64,000 nt of DNA. It comes from Octopus sinensis. Its lineage: Eukaryota. The position numbers and the translations under genes were made by a program. Below are positions 24,653-37,434 of this stretch, in pieces (position 1 is the stretch's first letter; each line of letters begins with the position of its first letter). The DNA is taken from positions 26,846,001-26,910,000 of the forward strand of contig NC_043004.1 of NCBI RefSeq assembly GCF_006345805.1. Reading direction: 5' to 3'. Below the pieces are notes generated by a model that did no database searches, was not told the origin of the DNA, and saw only the letters and a program-made list of their open reading frames with translations.

Positions 24653-25298
24653 TAGGGGTGCTGAAAAGTTCCTGCTTTAAGGGTATCATGAAAGGCCTGG
24701 TTGGAGCCCAACTTTCTGAGTTGTTTTATAGGGCTTAGAAAAACTGAAGGATCACTGCAATAATTTGAGAGGGGAATATGTTTAATAAAATCATAATTAA
24801 TCATAAAAGCATAATTATTATAAAAGCATAATTATAGGTGCAGGAGTGGCTGTGTGGTAAGTAGCTTGCTTACCAACCACATGGTTCCGGTTCAGTCCCA
24901 CTGCATGGCATCTTGGGCAAGTGTCTTCTACTATAGCCTCGGGCCGACCAAAGCCTTGTGAGTGGAATTGGTAGATGGAAACTGAAAGAAGCCCGTTGTA
25001 AATATGTATATATATATATGCGTGTGTGTGTGTGTGTGTCTGTGTTTGTCCCCCTAGCATTGCCTGACAACTGATGCTGGTGTGTTTACGTCCCCGTCAC
25101 TTAGCGGTTTGGCAAAAGAAACTGATAGAATAAGTACTGGGCTTACAAAGAATAAGTCCCGGGTCGATTTGCTCGACTAAAGGTGGTGCTCCAGCATGGC
25201 CGCAGTCAAATGACTGAAACAAGTAAAAGAGTAAAAGAGTAATCGATCCTCCTGTATTTTCTTTTACCGAAAGCCAGGAACTTTTCAGCACCCTATCA
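24653..25298. mobile_element. mariner-type MITE split by a SINE
   Basis: aggggtgctgaaaagttcctg at left, agccaggaacttttcagcaccc at right; the internal sequence matches the 22372 MITE once 24837-25241 is removed. Confidence 0.75.
24837..25241 (+). mobile_element. Full-length tRNA-derived SINE family A
   Basis: A-box-like tggctgtgtggtaa, B-box-like ggttcagtccc, internal (TA)(TG) tract, (GTAAAAGA)n tail. Confidence 0.9.
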
Positions 25299-27344
25299 TA
25301 AAACTTTCTATCCTTTTTCACCAATTTCATACTCATTGTGTCATCATTTACTGGGCACTTGGTGGGAAATTGGGAGTGACATTAGGACTTGCAAGCCCAT
25401 TTTGACATCCTCTGATCACAGGTGACATTTATTTAACCCTACTTTGATTATGCTCCTAGAGTATACTCCTAGCTATGAATGTTTTTTGCCTCATATACTG
25501 GGACACAAATATGTAATTGGAGGTATGTTCAACAATTTCAGCCTATATTTTAAATGTGTAACAAATTAGTGTAATAGCTTTTGCCTTCTTAGTTAAGATA
25601 ATTTCTCTCAATATGTCTTAGTGAGATTGTTGTGCAGTAAGGTAAATTTAATCCAATAATATTTTTTTGTAAGCAGGGCTATTAGATTTTTCTCTTCGCC
25701 TTTTCCTGAAATATTTTCTGTAGCAAAGAAATACTGCTGTACATTACAGAATTCTTCAATCACATTTTTTTCCTGCAACAGTGTTAGTTTGAAAAATTCT
25801 CTTTGTTAATTTAATGTGCAGGGAAGGTTTGTTTTCCCACAGAATTTGATATCACGTAAAAGACAATTCTGTTGTTGTTGCTGTTGTTGCTGTCACTGTC
25901 TCCAAGGTAAATTAAGTATTTCAGACATTTTTCAATATTGATTGCTCACCAAACTGTTTATTTCTTTCTCCTAAACATTTAGTTGTGTACTTGATTTTGA
26001 TTTTTTTTTTAGCCATGGTAGTACATTGTCATGTGGCATAAGTATGTGTGGTAGCCATTTTGAATGTGAAAATATGTGTAAAATATGTCTAAAATCTTTC
26101 AAAGTTGATGAAAAAAACCTCATTTTTGTTGTTTTCTGTTCCTGGGTATCAAGAACATCTTCCGCCACTCCTGTAGTAATTCTTGTTCTTTTTATAAGTA
26201 TTTCAAAGAAAATTCATTTGGTAATGCTTGAAATAAAATGTGTTTGGAAGGAAGCTACAAAAGTTAAAAATAATATCAATATTAACAACAACAACAACAA
26301 CAATTATATTATGATCATCATTTAAATGCTCCAGGAAGATCATAATAAATATACATGATTGAAAGTTCAGTCATACAGAGTTTTAATAAAAAAAAAGGAG
26401 AAAGACAAAAAGATACAACCAACCAGAGCAAAGTAGTCATTCAGTTTCAATCTTTCATGCAAAGCATGTCTGGCCAAGCAGAAATATTACCTTTCATGGA
26501 AACAGGTGAGGTTTGGCATCAGAAAAGAACTCTGGCCATTGGATATCTGATTCAATGAATTTCATCTTATCCATGAGACCTTGAAAAGGTGGACATAAAA
26601 TTGTTATGATGATGGTGGTGGTGGTGGTGGTGACTACGACGATGACGACGACGCTTCACCAGTTATTTGTTGACAACAATAACAACATCATCTTAAGCAC
26701 AGCAAAAGAATATTCCATTTCTCAGCAGTTCAGAAACGGTAATACTTTGATAAGTTACTATGATCAATGTTAAAAATTGCAGCCAGAGAAAATAGCGTGA
26801 AGACATTCTTATAGATCATTAACAGATGACATGTTGCGATCATACATTGAATGATTTACCAATATTTCTCACTGATCAATATTGATCCTAGAAAATTACG
26901 GCTGCAATATTTGATATTCTTACAATTTCACATATTCAATATAAAACGTAGTGTAGCCCTGTAATGACATTGTCATTTATTGATGCTTAACTTACTGGTG
27001 CTTAACAAAGAATTGCTGCTGTCTAATCTTGTGGTAATTAAAGCATGAATAAAATCTTCATAATGTGGTGGTGATAAGATTTAATAAATGCTTGTTATTT
27101 TCTTGCAGTAAAGATATCTTTTATTGATATTGTTATTGAAATAGTAAAGATTGAGTAAATGGATACATCAAGACAGCAATATTAATTCAAACACATTAAT
27201 AGTTTCAGCTAAGAATTATTAAATGTGATAGATATATTGGAAAGACTTTTCTCTATACTTCTTCCACCCTCTCCTCCCCATTCTCTCTTTCTCTATGTAT
27301 GTGTGTGTATATGTATGTGTGTGTGTGTATACGTATATATATAT

Positions 27345-27484
27345 AAAATAAAAACATGATGCAAAGGATTTAGCGGTACATATGTTTCTGGCTTTTATTA
27401 GACGGTTTATGCATTGATATAAACCGTCTAATAAAAGCCAGAAACATATGTACCGCTAAATCCTTTGCATCATGTTTTTATTTT
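27345..27484. repeat. Perfect hairpin: 66-bp arms, 8-nt loop
   Basis: 27345-27410 is the exact reverse complement of 27419-27484. Confidence 0.95.
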
Positions 27485-27557
27485 GATAAATATACTCTAT
27501 CACCTACACCACTAAATGGCATATACAGGTGCTTACAATTATCAAGTATTCACCCTG

Positions 27558-27653
<96 letters not shown>

Positions 27654-27694
27654 GTATGTATGTATGTATGTATGTATGTATGTACGTGTGTGTG

Positions 27695-28035
27695 TATAAA
27701 TAAAAAGTACACATTAAGTACAGGACATCACCAACGATTGAAAGATATGTAAACACATGTGAGAAAGGTACAAGACAAAATACCAAACGAAGATAATTCA
27801 CTCATCTACTCCCCATTTCATGCTTTTAATGACAAGATAAGAATACTTCATAAGACAGCAGCATCCAGAAATTTCAAAAATATAAAATTTGTGGAGAGTC
27901 AAGGCTTCAAAAGAACAAACAACAACAGAGTGGACGTGCAGAGTAAACAATCGACAAAGACAAACATTATTGTGTATTCTTTATTTATTTATAATTGAAC
28001 GCAACACAGCCTTCTCTATAATAAGTTCTTTCATT
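27695..28035 (-). repeat. pLTR-like repeat (family C) with inverted tail
   Basis: 27700-27970 is an inverted homologue of 31010-31270; 27975-28035 is a direct homologue of 31265-31325. Confidence 0.65.
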
Positions 28036-28044
28036 TATATACAA

Positions 28045-28440
28045 CTAGCAGTATCGTCCGGCGTTGCTCGGGTTTGTAAGGGAAATAACTATATAAGCAT
28101 TTTTAGAGAGTTATAGCAAAAAAATAGCAAAAAAATGCATTAAAAATGGAAAAATAATGATGGTAAATTTTTTTTTAAATCGTTGACTCATCGTAGACAT
28201 TTTTAGAGAGTTACTTCCCTTATATAATAGCGAAAAAGGCATTACAATGGAAAAAAATGATGGTAAATTTTTTTTAAATCGTAGACTCATTGTAGACGTG
28301 CGCTAATACCCAGAAGGGCTCAATATGAATCACGACTATAAGATACCCGGTTTTGGTTAAACTGCACCGCAAAATGTGGGAGTAGTTAGGAATCTAAATC
28401 GTAGGAGACAGACACACAACCTTACTTTTATATATAAAGA
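28045..28440 (-). mobile_element. Non-autonomous Helitron
   Basis: Minus strand A|TC...subterminal hairpin cccgagcaacgccgg...CTAG|T; near-identical family member at 50458-50852. Confidence 0.85.
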
Positions 28441-28483
28441 TTTCTGCGACTCCACACTGTTTTCTTTCTTTCTCTCTATTCCT

Positions 28484-30985
28484 CTTTAACAAAAATTTTT
28501 TTGTCTTGCTATTTAAACTTTTTCAGCTGACTTAGGGTAATTTTAGGGTGCTGAATCTGAAATCAGTTTTCAGACAACATGTATATTTTTTTTTAGTTAT
28601 TCTCAGCATCAGATTTTCCAACCAATTGATAATATTGACAAAGTAGTAGGCTATGCTACCTGTTAAATTGCCACACAAGATGAGAATTTATTTTGCTTTG
28701 TTATCACTGTAATTATAATAAAGTTCTCCTCACAGTAGGCTATTGATATTTAGTTATAGCAAGCTACTCAGATTCCCTTTTCTTGATAACTGCTAGTGCT
28801 GTTAAAATGAAGTACATCAAATAAGAGAGCCAGGTTATATGAAAAGTAGCTTAGTAGTAAGTTTAGTTATTTATTTAAGTTTGAAATTTAGAGATGGAAA
28901 AAATTGTTTCGTGATAGCCATTCTATAATAATTTCAATGATCTTTTTGAGAAATTTATTTTGATGTTTTACAGTAACATTTATCATTGATTAATTTTATA
29001 TTTTAGTTTACTGAGAGGCTTCCTTGAGTATTGATTTAGGTTATTACAGAAAAATTTGAGCAGAAAAGTTTGCATTAATCACCCAGATAGCTGTTATTAT
29101 GTGTGTGGAAAATTATGCCAAAAGATCAGAGAAATAAGATTACAAAGAATTTTTAAATGCTTACAAGCTTTACATTGGGTGCAAAGTTGGGGACCAAGAT
29201 AAACTGTGGGTGCCACATGTTTGCTGCAAAAACTGCTATATAGCACTAACCCAATGGCTGAATGGTAAACAGAAAAGTATGCCATTTTCAGTACCGACAA
29301 TATAGCATGAACCAACAAACCACTATACTGATTGTTATTTCTGCTTAACTAACATCACAGGTTTCTCTAAGAAGAACAAATCCAAGATTGTTTATCCAGA
29401 TTACCCTTCAGCTTTAAAACCAGTTATGCATGCTGCTGAAAATATTCCAATTCCAGAACCTCCCTCATCTTTTGGCAAAGATAGTTTAAGTGAAGAAAGT
29501 ACTGTATCTACTTCAATTGAAGGTGTGCTAGTGACACAGCAGATCACTGTGATGAACCAGGATCTTCAAAAAAATTCCTCATTAAGTCAATTTGAGTTAA
29601 ATGATTTAGTTAGAGACATGGGTTTAACAAAAGAAAAGTCAGAACTTCTGGGCTCCAGGTTGAAACAATGGAATCTTTTACAAGATGGTGTAAAATGCTC
29701 ATATTTTCGAAAATGGCATACAGAATTGCATGAATTTTTTATGGAGAAAGACAGTATTTGCTTTTGTTGTGATGTTGAAGGACTCCTATATGGGATGGAA
29801 TATGGCCATAATCCAGAAGAATGGAGATTCTTCATAGATTCCAGCAAAGCAAGCCTAAAAGCTGTTTTGTTGCATAATGGCAATCAAAAACTTTCAATAC
29901 CACTAGCACATCAATCAACGGATAAAATTTTTCACTTGATTAAATATTCTGAGCACAAGGGGAATATATGCAGGGACTTGAAAGTTATTGGTTTGCTTCT
30001 TGGGTTGCAAATGCATCAGTGTTTTTTGTGCTTTTGGAACAGCAGAGATGACAAGCATCACTATGATCAAAAAGAGTAGCCTAAGAGAAGTGATTTCACT
30101 TCAGAGAGATACAACATTAAATATATCCCTTTAGTTGACCCTCAGAAAATTTCCCTTTTTCCCTTACACATTAAACTTGGCTTGTTTAAGAATTTTGTTA
30201 TGGTCATGAATGAAGACAGTGAAGGATTCAAATATCTCAGTGAAAATTTTGCTTCTAGCAACAGTAAAGCTAAGATCAAAGCTGTGCTTTTAATGCACCA
30301 GAAATTTGCACACTATTTTGTGATGAGCTTTTTCAAGAAAAATTAAGCCCAGTGGAGAAAACTGCTTGGGAAAAGTTTGTTTCTCTTGTAAAAACTTTTT
30401 TGCGAAATGAAAATTCATCTAACTACATTGCAATTGTGAATGATTTCTTGAGAGCTTATAAGCAAGAACGTCTCAAAAAATTCATTTTGTCCACCCTCAT
30501 CTTGACTTTTTTCCACCCAATATGGTGTAAGTGATGACCATGGTGAACAGTTTCATCAACAAATCAAAGAACTAGAAAGCTGCAACAGTGACAGACTTAC
30601 ACCAAACATGCTGACTACTGCTGGTTTTAAAACAAGAAACAGACATGTAACATAAGCTTAAAAGAAGATGCCAAAGCTATTTTTGAAAAATATAAAATTA
30701 ATAATATTCACTTTACACTTTTGTTTTGTTTTTTATTGGTTTTAGAGATACTTGTCTACCAAGTTGCTATTGTTCTTATACCAAATAACAGTAATTTATG
30801 CTTAACATAACATTCATTTTATTTGTAATGAATTTTCACATTATTGTAATTTTGATAGTATAATAATGATAGCACAAAACCATGATGTGCAAGAGCAAAA
30901 ATGATTGCCAATTCGGAATTAGTGCTCTCAAATTACCTATGAGCACCATTTCGTCTAATAGTAGAAAATATTTTGTTACCCATTA
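28484..30985 (+). mobile_element. Chapaev3-like (CMC) DNA transposon, decayed, copy 1
   Basis: Chapa-like domain YVCG...GDQDK.W.PH.CC..C...L..W...EP.NH.TDCYFC; core WRFFIDSSKASLKAVLLHNGN, ICRDLKV, PLHIKLGLFKNFV, SDDHGEQFHQ; decayed TIR ttttgttaccca at the right end. Confidence 0.75.
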
Positions 30986-31009
30986 CAATTCATCTTGGCC
31001 TAATGGACC

Positions 31010-31325
31010 TTAATGTTTGTCTTCATTGATTGTTTACTCTATACATCCACTCTGTTGGAGAGCCCTAACTCTCCACAAATTTTATATTTTTGAAATTTCT
31101 GGATTCTGCTGTATAATGAAGTATCCCTGTCTTGTCATTAAAAGCACAAAATGGGTAGTAATAAACAGTCGACAACTGATGAGGAGTTACTCTCTTTTGC
31201 TATTTTGTCCTGTAGTGTTTATGTATTTTTCACTCATTAATGATGTCCTGTACTTAATGTGTATTTCTTATTTACTTATAATTGAATGCCATGTAGCCTT
31301 GTCCACAGTAAGTTCTGACATTCAT
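31010..31325 (+). repeat. pLTR-like repeat (family C)
   Basis: Homologous to 27695-28035; ends at (TA)n. Confidence 0.6.
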
Positions 31326-32404
31326 ATATATATATATATATATATGTACAAAACATTAAAAATAAGAATGGGGAATTATACATCCTCAAAAGTTTGTTTA
31401 TTCTAGTACACATGGACAAAACCAGCAATATATACCACTTAGATTATAATCTGTACTACCCTCTAATTAAAAACGAAATTCTGAAAGACTATAAAATAAC
31501 CTCAAAAACAACCTCATAAATATTAACTTGTAGGCTAAGTAGTAGAGAGGTTGAATTCAGAGAATAGGACCGAACTCTATCTTCATAGAACTCCTAGAAT
31601 TAAACTGAGGGACCATAAGCCTATCTTCATTACTAATCCCTTGGTTAGACTTATATGCCCCTCAAAGTCAGATATAGACAGAATTAAGTTTATCATTGAC
31701 AGACACATACCCAAGCTTAGAAATATAATTAAACTTAACTTATGGTCTAGTTCATATTAAGTAATTGACTGGTTCACTGACATTAAAGATAAAAAACATA
31801 GTTCACACAATTAAACATTTCAAATAACAATGCATCCATTAACATGATTCTGCATAATAAAGCATTAATATTCGTGATGAAAAACTCTAGTTTATCTAAA
31901 GAAGAAGTAGACATGATACTGACAATCAGAAAATCCATTATCGAATTTGATGAGTTTCACATTACCCTCAGATCTAGCAGTTCCACTCAGATAATGGACT
32001 TGGTAGGTATTTATATCCTATAATGTATCAATAATGAATTTCCACAAATGGGTAGAGGCTGGGGTTACTTATGGTAAGTAAATCTAGCAATGTAAACATG
32101 GAAAAATACAGAAAAAATGCTATTTAAATTATCTAAGGTCTATCTCCATTGAAATTGAACATAGTAAGTGAACTTCTTAGATGTTACCTTGTGTTTGGGT
32201 AGAGGAGAATATCGACCATACCACAAACCCAATGATAACCTTAAATACATTAGTTTTAACTCAAATCATCCCCAAAATATTACCAGCTTAATTGTCAAAA
32301 ATGTTTCTATTCGTGTTTCTGGATTGTCTGAAAATGAAGAGATCTTTAGAAATATTGAAAAATAATGCCCTAATGAAAGCTGTATACAAAGATAAATTAA
32401 TATA

Positions 32405-32854
32405 CAGGTCGTCGTCAACTTACAACTACAATTGGTTCCGACTGACTAGTTGTAAGTTGATTTATTTGTATGTCGGCCTGTAGGCTTTGTTTTATATTTT
32501 TACATTCTTAAGGTACATTTTCAGGTAAAAGTCACACACAACATCCTGTATTATTCTATTATACTGGCCTTAGTCAAAAATTTCAGAGTCTCAAGCAGTC
32601 ACCTTATAAACAAATATGACAATACCTCACTGTCTCCACGACAGGATAGTCCTCCAACGCAATAGCGATCGATAACCAAAACCTTGGGGAAGCATTTGTT
32701 ACCTGATATCATCCGTAGACAGGTTAATTTCTAAGAAATTAAACCCATTAGATTTCAACTGGACCATTTATTGTTGCTACTGGGAGCTGGTGCCCCAAAT
32801 GTCATAAAGTCGATCGATTGTAAGTTGTATAGGTTGTAAGTCAGCGACAACTTG
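32405..32854. mobile_element. Tigger/pogo-like MITE
   Basis: TA|caggtcgtcgtcaacttacaac ... gttgtaagtcagcgacaacttg|TA. Confidence 0.85.
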
Positions 32855-33267
32855 TATATCCCTAATAATAAGATATAGGCAAATCTGAATAGAATCTATG
32901 CTTCAAACCAAATAGTTATTAATAATAAAGATAGTAAATGTAAAATGAAGAACCACGACAAGGATATTGTGACTTGCACTCACCAGATCAAGAATTACTA
33001 AAATAAAAATAGTTGCATATCAAGTAAAGATGGATAAACTTTTAAGCCAAACATATTCACATAAAAATAAGGCAGCTACCAAAATTAATGGCCTACCCCA
33101 ATAAAAGAAAAAATAAATCTTGACATATTATAGTATAATGCAGTTTCCAGAAAGCAAGTGGCAACAAATACACCTGCAAAAGTTTTCACTGCATTAGATA
33201 AGCACTTTCTACTATCTTTTAAGTTTAACCAGATTTTTAATCCTCACATGATTAGGTTTGCATTTTT

Positions 33268-35474
33268 CACAAGACAACAGCCAATTTTCACCAGGGATAT
33301 TATATGGTGTTTTATATGTAGTTTTGTCCGCAGATTTCAAAAATGTAATCAGTTTCCTTCTATCAGGCACAGTTTTTCTGATGAGATAAGAGAGGTGTAT
33401 AACTCCCATCAGCAGTATCGCTACAGGTAAACGTCTTATACAGGTAAATTCTGATTTCTGGTTTATAACTATTTGTATTCATTTTGTAATTTTATGTTTT
33501 CATAATCTTTCCTTTTCATAAAGTTTACTTTCTGTTTAAGGTGCGAAGTCATCATCATCATCAAATTCTACTCAGGATGTCAAGACATTGCAAGAACAGT
33601 CCTGATATATTTTGTCATGCCTGTTGTTCATTTACCACTAAAGCTTAGCAACGTGCCATCACAAGTGAAATCAAGAAGATCTACCTGATATACTTTGGCT
33701 GTCTCTCGGGGATCAAGATAAGAGTTGGGCCCTGCACATCATCTACTCAGCTTGTTCAAATGCACTAAAATGATTTGCTAAATATGAGGAAGAGAGCAAT
33801 GCCATTTGCAATACCTATGATATGGAGAGAGCCAAAGGATCATTTCATGGACTGTTATTTCTGCAACGTTAATATATGTGGGTTTACTATAAAGACCAAG
33901 CATAAGATTGTGTATCCCAACTTGGAATCAGCAAGAAGACAAGTACCATACAACGATGATGATCTTCCTATTCCAATACCACCAGAAAATGGCTTTCAAA
34001 TGTCTGACGAAGATGTATTTCTTGAAGAAAATACTACTGCTGTGGAAGACACCGAAGTGGATGCAGATTTCATGATTGAAAATGAAAATGTACTACAGAA
34101 ATTTTCTCAAGGAGAGTTAAAGGATTTAATTAGGGATATGCCATTGTTGAAGAATAAAGCTAGCATCTTGCCTACAAGAAAAGTGTTTGCTTAAGAAAGA
34201 TGTTTATATCACTCATTTCAGGAAGATAAATAGGGATCTGACTTCATGTTTCAGTAATAAGACTGATGAGTTATTTCGCTGTTTGTTCCAAGAGCATGTT
34301 CCAGCTGACTGGCGCTTATTCATTGATTCATCTAAGAGAGGCCTCAAAGCAGTACTACTACACAACGGCAATAAGAAACCATCCATTCCCATAGGACATT
34401 CAGTGCTCATGAAGGAGTGTTATGAAAACATGCAAGTACTCCTCAATGCCATAAAGTATACAAACTACAGCTGGAAAATATATAGAGAATGCAATCTGGG
34501 TTCATGAAATATTGTTGCTTTTTATTCCTATGGGACAGTTGTGCAACTAACAAGCACTGTGTGCAATCAGAGTGGCCTTTGCGAAAATCATATGAGCTGG
34601 GAGTTTCTAGAGTCCAGAGTAACCACTTTTAAACCCAGAAAATTTTCTTCTTATCCCTCTTCACATAAAGCTTGGCCTCATGAAACAATTTGTGAAGATG
34701 CCAGGAAAAGCTCAAAAGGTTTTGAATATGTGAAGGCCAAATTTCCAAAAATTACTGAGGCAAAACTGAAGGAGTGTGTATTCATAGGTCTGCAGATAAT
34801 AGAACTCCTGAAGGACAACCACTTCCTCACAGCATTGGATGAGATTGAGCTTAAAGCCTGGGAATCCTTCAAATGGCTCTGTGAAAATTTCCTAGGCAAC
34901 AAGAGATCTTTAGAGTTTAGAAATGGAGTGAAATGTCTTCTAGACTCTTACGCTGCATTGGGCTGTCGGATGTCACTAAAAGTCCATTTCCTTGATTCAA
35001 ATCTGGACTCTTTTGCAGAGAAACTTGGAGCAGTATCTGATGAGCAAGGGGAATGCTTTCATCAAGATATTGCATCGATGGAACAACGATATCAAGGATT
35101 TTGGAATGCAGGAATGTTAGCTGACTACTTTTGGATGTCATACAGGGATGAACCTGAGACAAAACACCACAGAAAGTCCAAATCCCAAAGATTTTAAGTT
35201 ATGAATTTGAGTGTATTCTAACTTATTTGTACACAATAATTTTAATTTTGTACAATAAAAAGCCATGAAATTATCGTATCTTGTATTCAATATACTTTAT
35301 ATAGACATGCTTTATGTATCCTATAAGTTAAAAAAGCAGGTATCATTAACATGAAACTGTGACCTGATAGAGGAAACCAGACTTCAGATTCGTAATCAGC
35401 ATAAAAAAATCTAACACAGAAAAGTCAATCAGCAACTCTGGTGATTAAAAAAAGTTTCATATTGTTGGCCAGTG
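33268..35474 (+). mobile_element. Chapaev3-like (CMC) DNA transposon, decayed, copy 2 (different family from copy 1)
   Basis: MSRHCKNSPDIFC..C from 33579; PMIWREPKDHFMDCYFC; WRLFIDSSKRGLKAVLLHNGN; MSLKVHFL; VSDEQGECFHQDI..MEQRYQG. Right TIR ttgttggccagtg|TAA; decayed left TIR cacaagacaacag. Confidence 0.8.
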
Positions 35475-36062
35475 TAATCAGTCCAAATTATTGTGGTACA
35501 CAATATTAGGAGGACCAGGGAGTTCAATAATAACATTGTAAGAACAAATAATAAACTAATATTAATGGTAATTCTATGGCAGGTGATAATAGCAACTATG
35601 CACATACAGTGGAACATAACACAAATGAATCTGGGGGGATTGTAAACACCCAACTGGCTAATAATGCAATCAAAAACAACAATAAAACTAAGATAGATAG
35701 TGGAAGGAAGATAATATAACGAACCTATTGGAATTGACTGTAGTTAATATGAAATTGAGTAATACACAAAATCTAATATATAGCCAAACTATTAACACCA
35801 GTGGAGTAATAAGTAACAATGTAGATAAGATACCTAATCCTTCTGCCAGTAGTGGGCATTCTTTTTGCAATCATTTTCCATTTTTCATTATCTCACTCAT
35901 TCTACTTTCTGTATTTTCATTAAATATTTTTGGGACACCTATATATATGTATTCGTTAACATGTAACCACAAATGCTATACAGTTTTGTTCATTTCGACC
36001 ATTTATGACTGCCATTGAATTGATAGATATTTTTTATATAAATGTATTTGTAAACATATGTA

Positions 36063-37337
36063 CGGGGGACGTTCAATAAGTAATGCCCCTGACCCACTTG
36101 CAGTTGTTTGATCTAGCTGAAATTTTGCATGTGCAATTATTTATATCTCTATAGATAAATTAGCAAATTACAGCTCTGAACTAATTGTGGTTTCGGATTT
36201 ACAGGTGTTTGAACTGAGTCAAGTGTGAAATGGAGCCTGTTGAGTGTCGAGCAGCGATCCGGTTTTTGTATTTGAAAGGACACACACCACAGGAGACTTT
36301 TAATGAAATGAAAGTAACTTATGGTGATGATGCCCCATCATATGACCTTGTAAAACGGTGGCATCGTGAATTCAAACATGGTTGGAACTCTGTGGAAACA
36401 GCTCTCAGATCTGGTCGCCCCCCCTTCTGCCATTGATGAGGCATCTGTCCGTCAAGTTGAGGCTGCCATTTTGGAAGATTGACACATAACTATTCGCCAA
36501 ATAGCCCATGAGGTCAAGATTAGTACCGGGTCTATAGAAACTATCATTCATGACCATTTGTATATGCAAAAGGTGTCCGCCAGATGGATTCCCAGGTTGC
36601 TCACACTTTTCCAGAAGCAAGGACACGTCAAGTGCTCGAGGATGAATTTGGAGATGTGTCAAGAAGTTGAGTCAAAATTTTTCAAAAGACTGATCACACA
36701 GGATGAAACCTGGGTCTATCACTATGATCCAGAGACCAAAGCCCAGTCAATGCAGTGGAAGCACCATGACTCACCTCCTCCAAAGAAGGCAAGGGTGCAG
36801 CCCTCTGCTGGCAAGGTCATGCTCACAGTCTTCTGGGACCAGGACAGAGTAGTGATGACAAAGGGTACCACAATTAGAGGAGCCTATTATGCTTCACTTT
36901 TGAGGAAATTAAGAGAAGCTATCAAAATCAAGAGGCGGGGCAAGATCAACAAAGGCATCCTCCTCCTGCAGGACAACGCTCCGGTCCACAACTCGCTTGT
37001 CACCAGATCAGAAGCACAGGCGTGCGGCTATGAACTCCTCCCCCATCCCCCTACTCTCCTGACCTTGCACCCTCTGATTTTCACCTCTTCCCAGCCATGA
37101 AGTTGTTTTTGAAAGGAAAGCGTTTCCCAGATGATGCAGCCTTGATTTCTGAAGTCACATTCGAGGACCAAGCTGGGGTCTTCTACAAAACCGGTCTCCA
37201 GAGCTGCATCAAACGATGGGAGAAATGTGCAACTCTGAGTAGTTCCTATGTAGAAAAAGTCTAATAACTGGGCCAAGTTTCGTTGCTCTACTGCTACGGG
37301 AAGTGGGTCAGGGGCATTACTTATTGAACGCCCCTCA
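36063..37337 (+). mobile_element. Full-length mariner (DD34D, irritans-like), transposase frameshifted
   Basis: ~39-bp TIRs with TA TSDs; ORFs 36230..36436 and 36558..37100 give WIPRLL, TQDETW..YDPETK, QDNAP.H; YSPDLAPSDF lies in a shifted frame. Confidence 0.95.
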
Positions 37338-37402
37338 TACACTAGTTATTTAAATAAATCCTTTTAAATAATGTATTATAAGTGTGTGTGTGTGTGTGTG
37401 TG

Positions 37403-37419
<17 letters not shown>

Positions 37420-37434
<15 letters not shown>

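Larger units (their letters stand above)
31390..35850 (+). mobile_element. Penelope-like element (Nematis-like RT, inferred), decayed, split by a Tigger-like MITE and a Chapaev3-like element
   Basis: IKLRDHKP.F..NP.VRLICPSKS, VNFLDVTL.L..GEYRPYHKPND..KYI..NSNHP, VATN...F..LDKHF...IFN. An Asn-rich frame resumes after 35474 (QIIVVHNIRR...). Confidence 0.8.

Noticed and set aside
25600-25790. Minus-strand exon candidate (CTAAC branch, TTGCAG acceptor, ~60 open codons)
   Set aside because: No recognisable protein similarity and no good donor.
31170-31215. CTGATGA in pLTR family C as a ribozyme
   Set aside because: No GAAA/stem III follows, and the homologous copy at ~27800 lacks the core.
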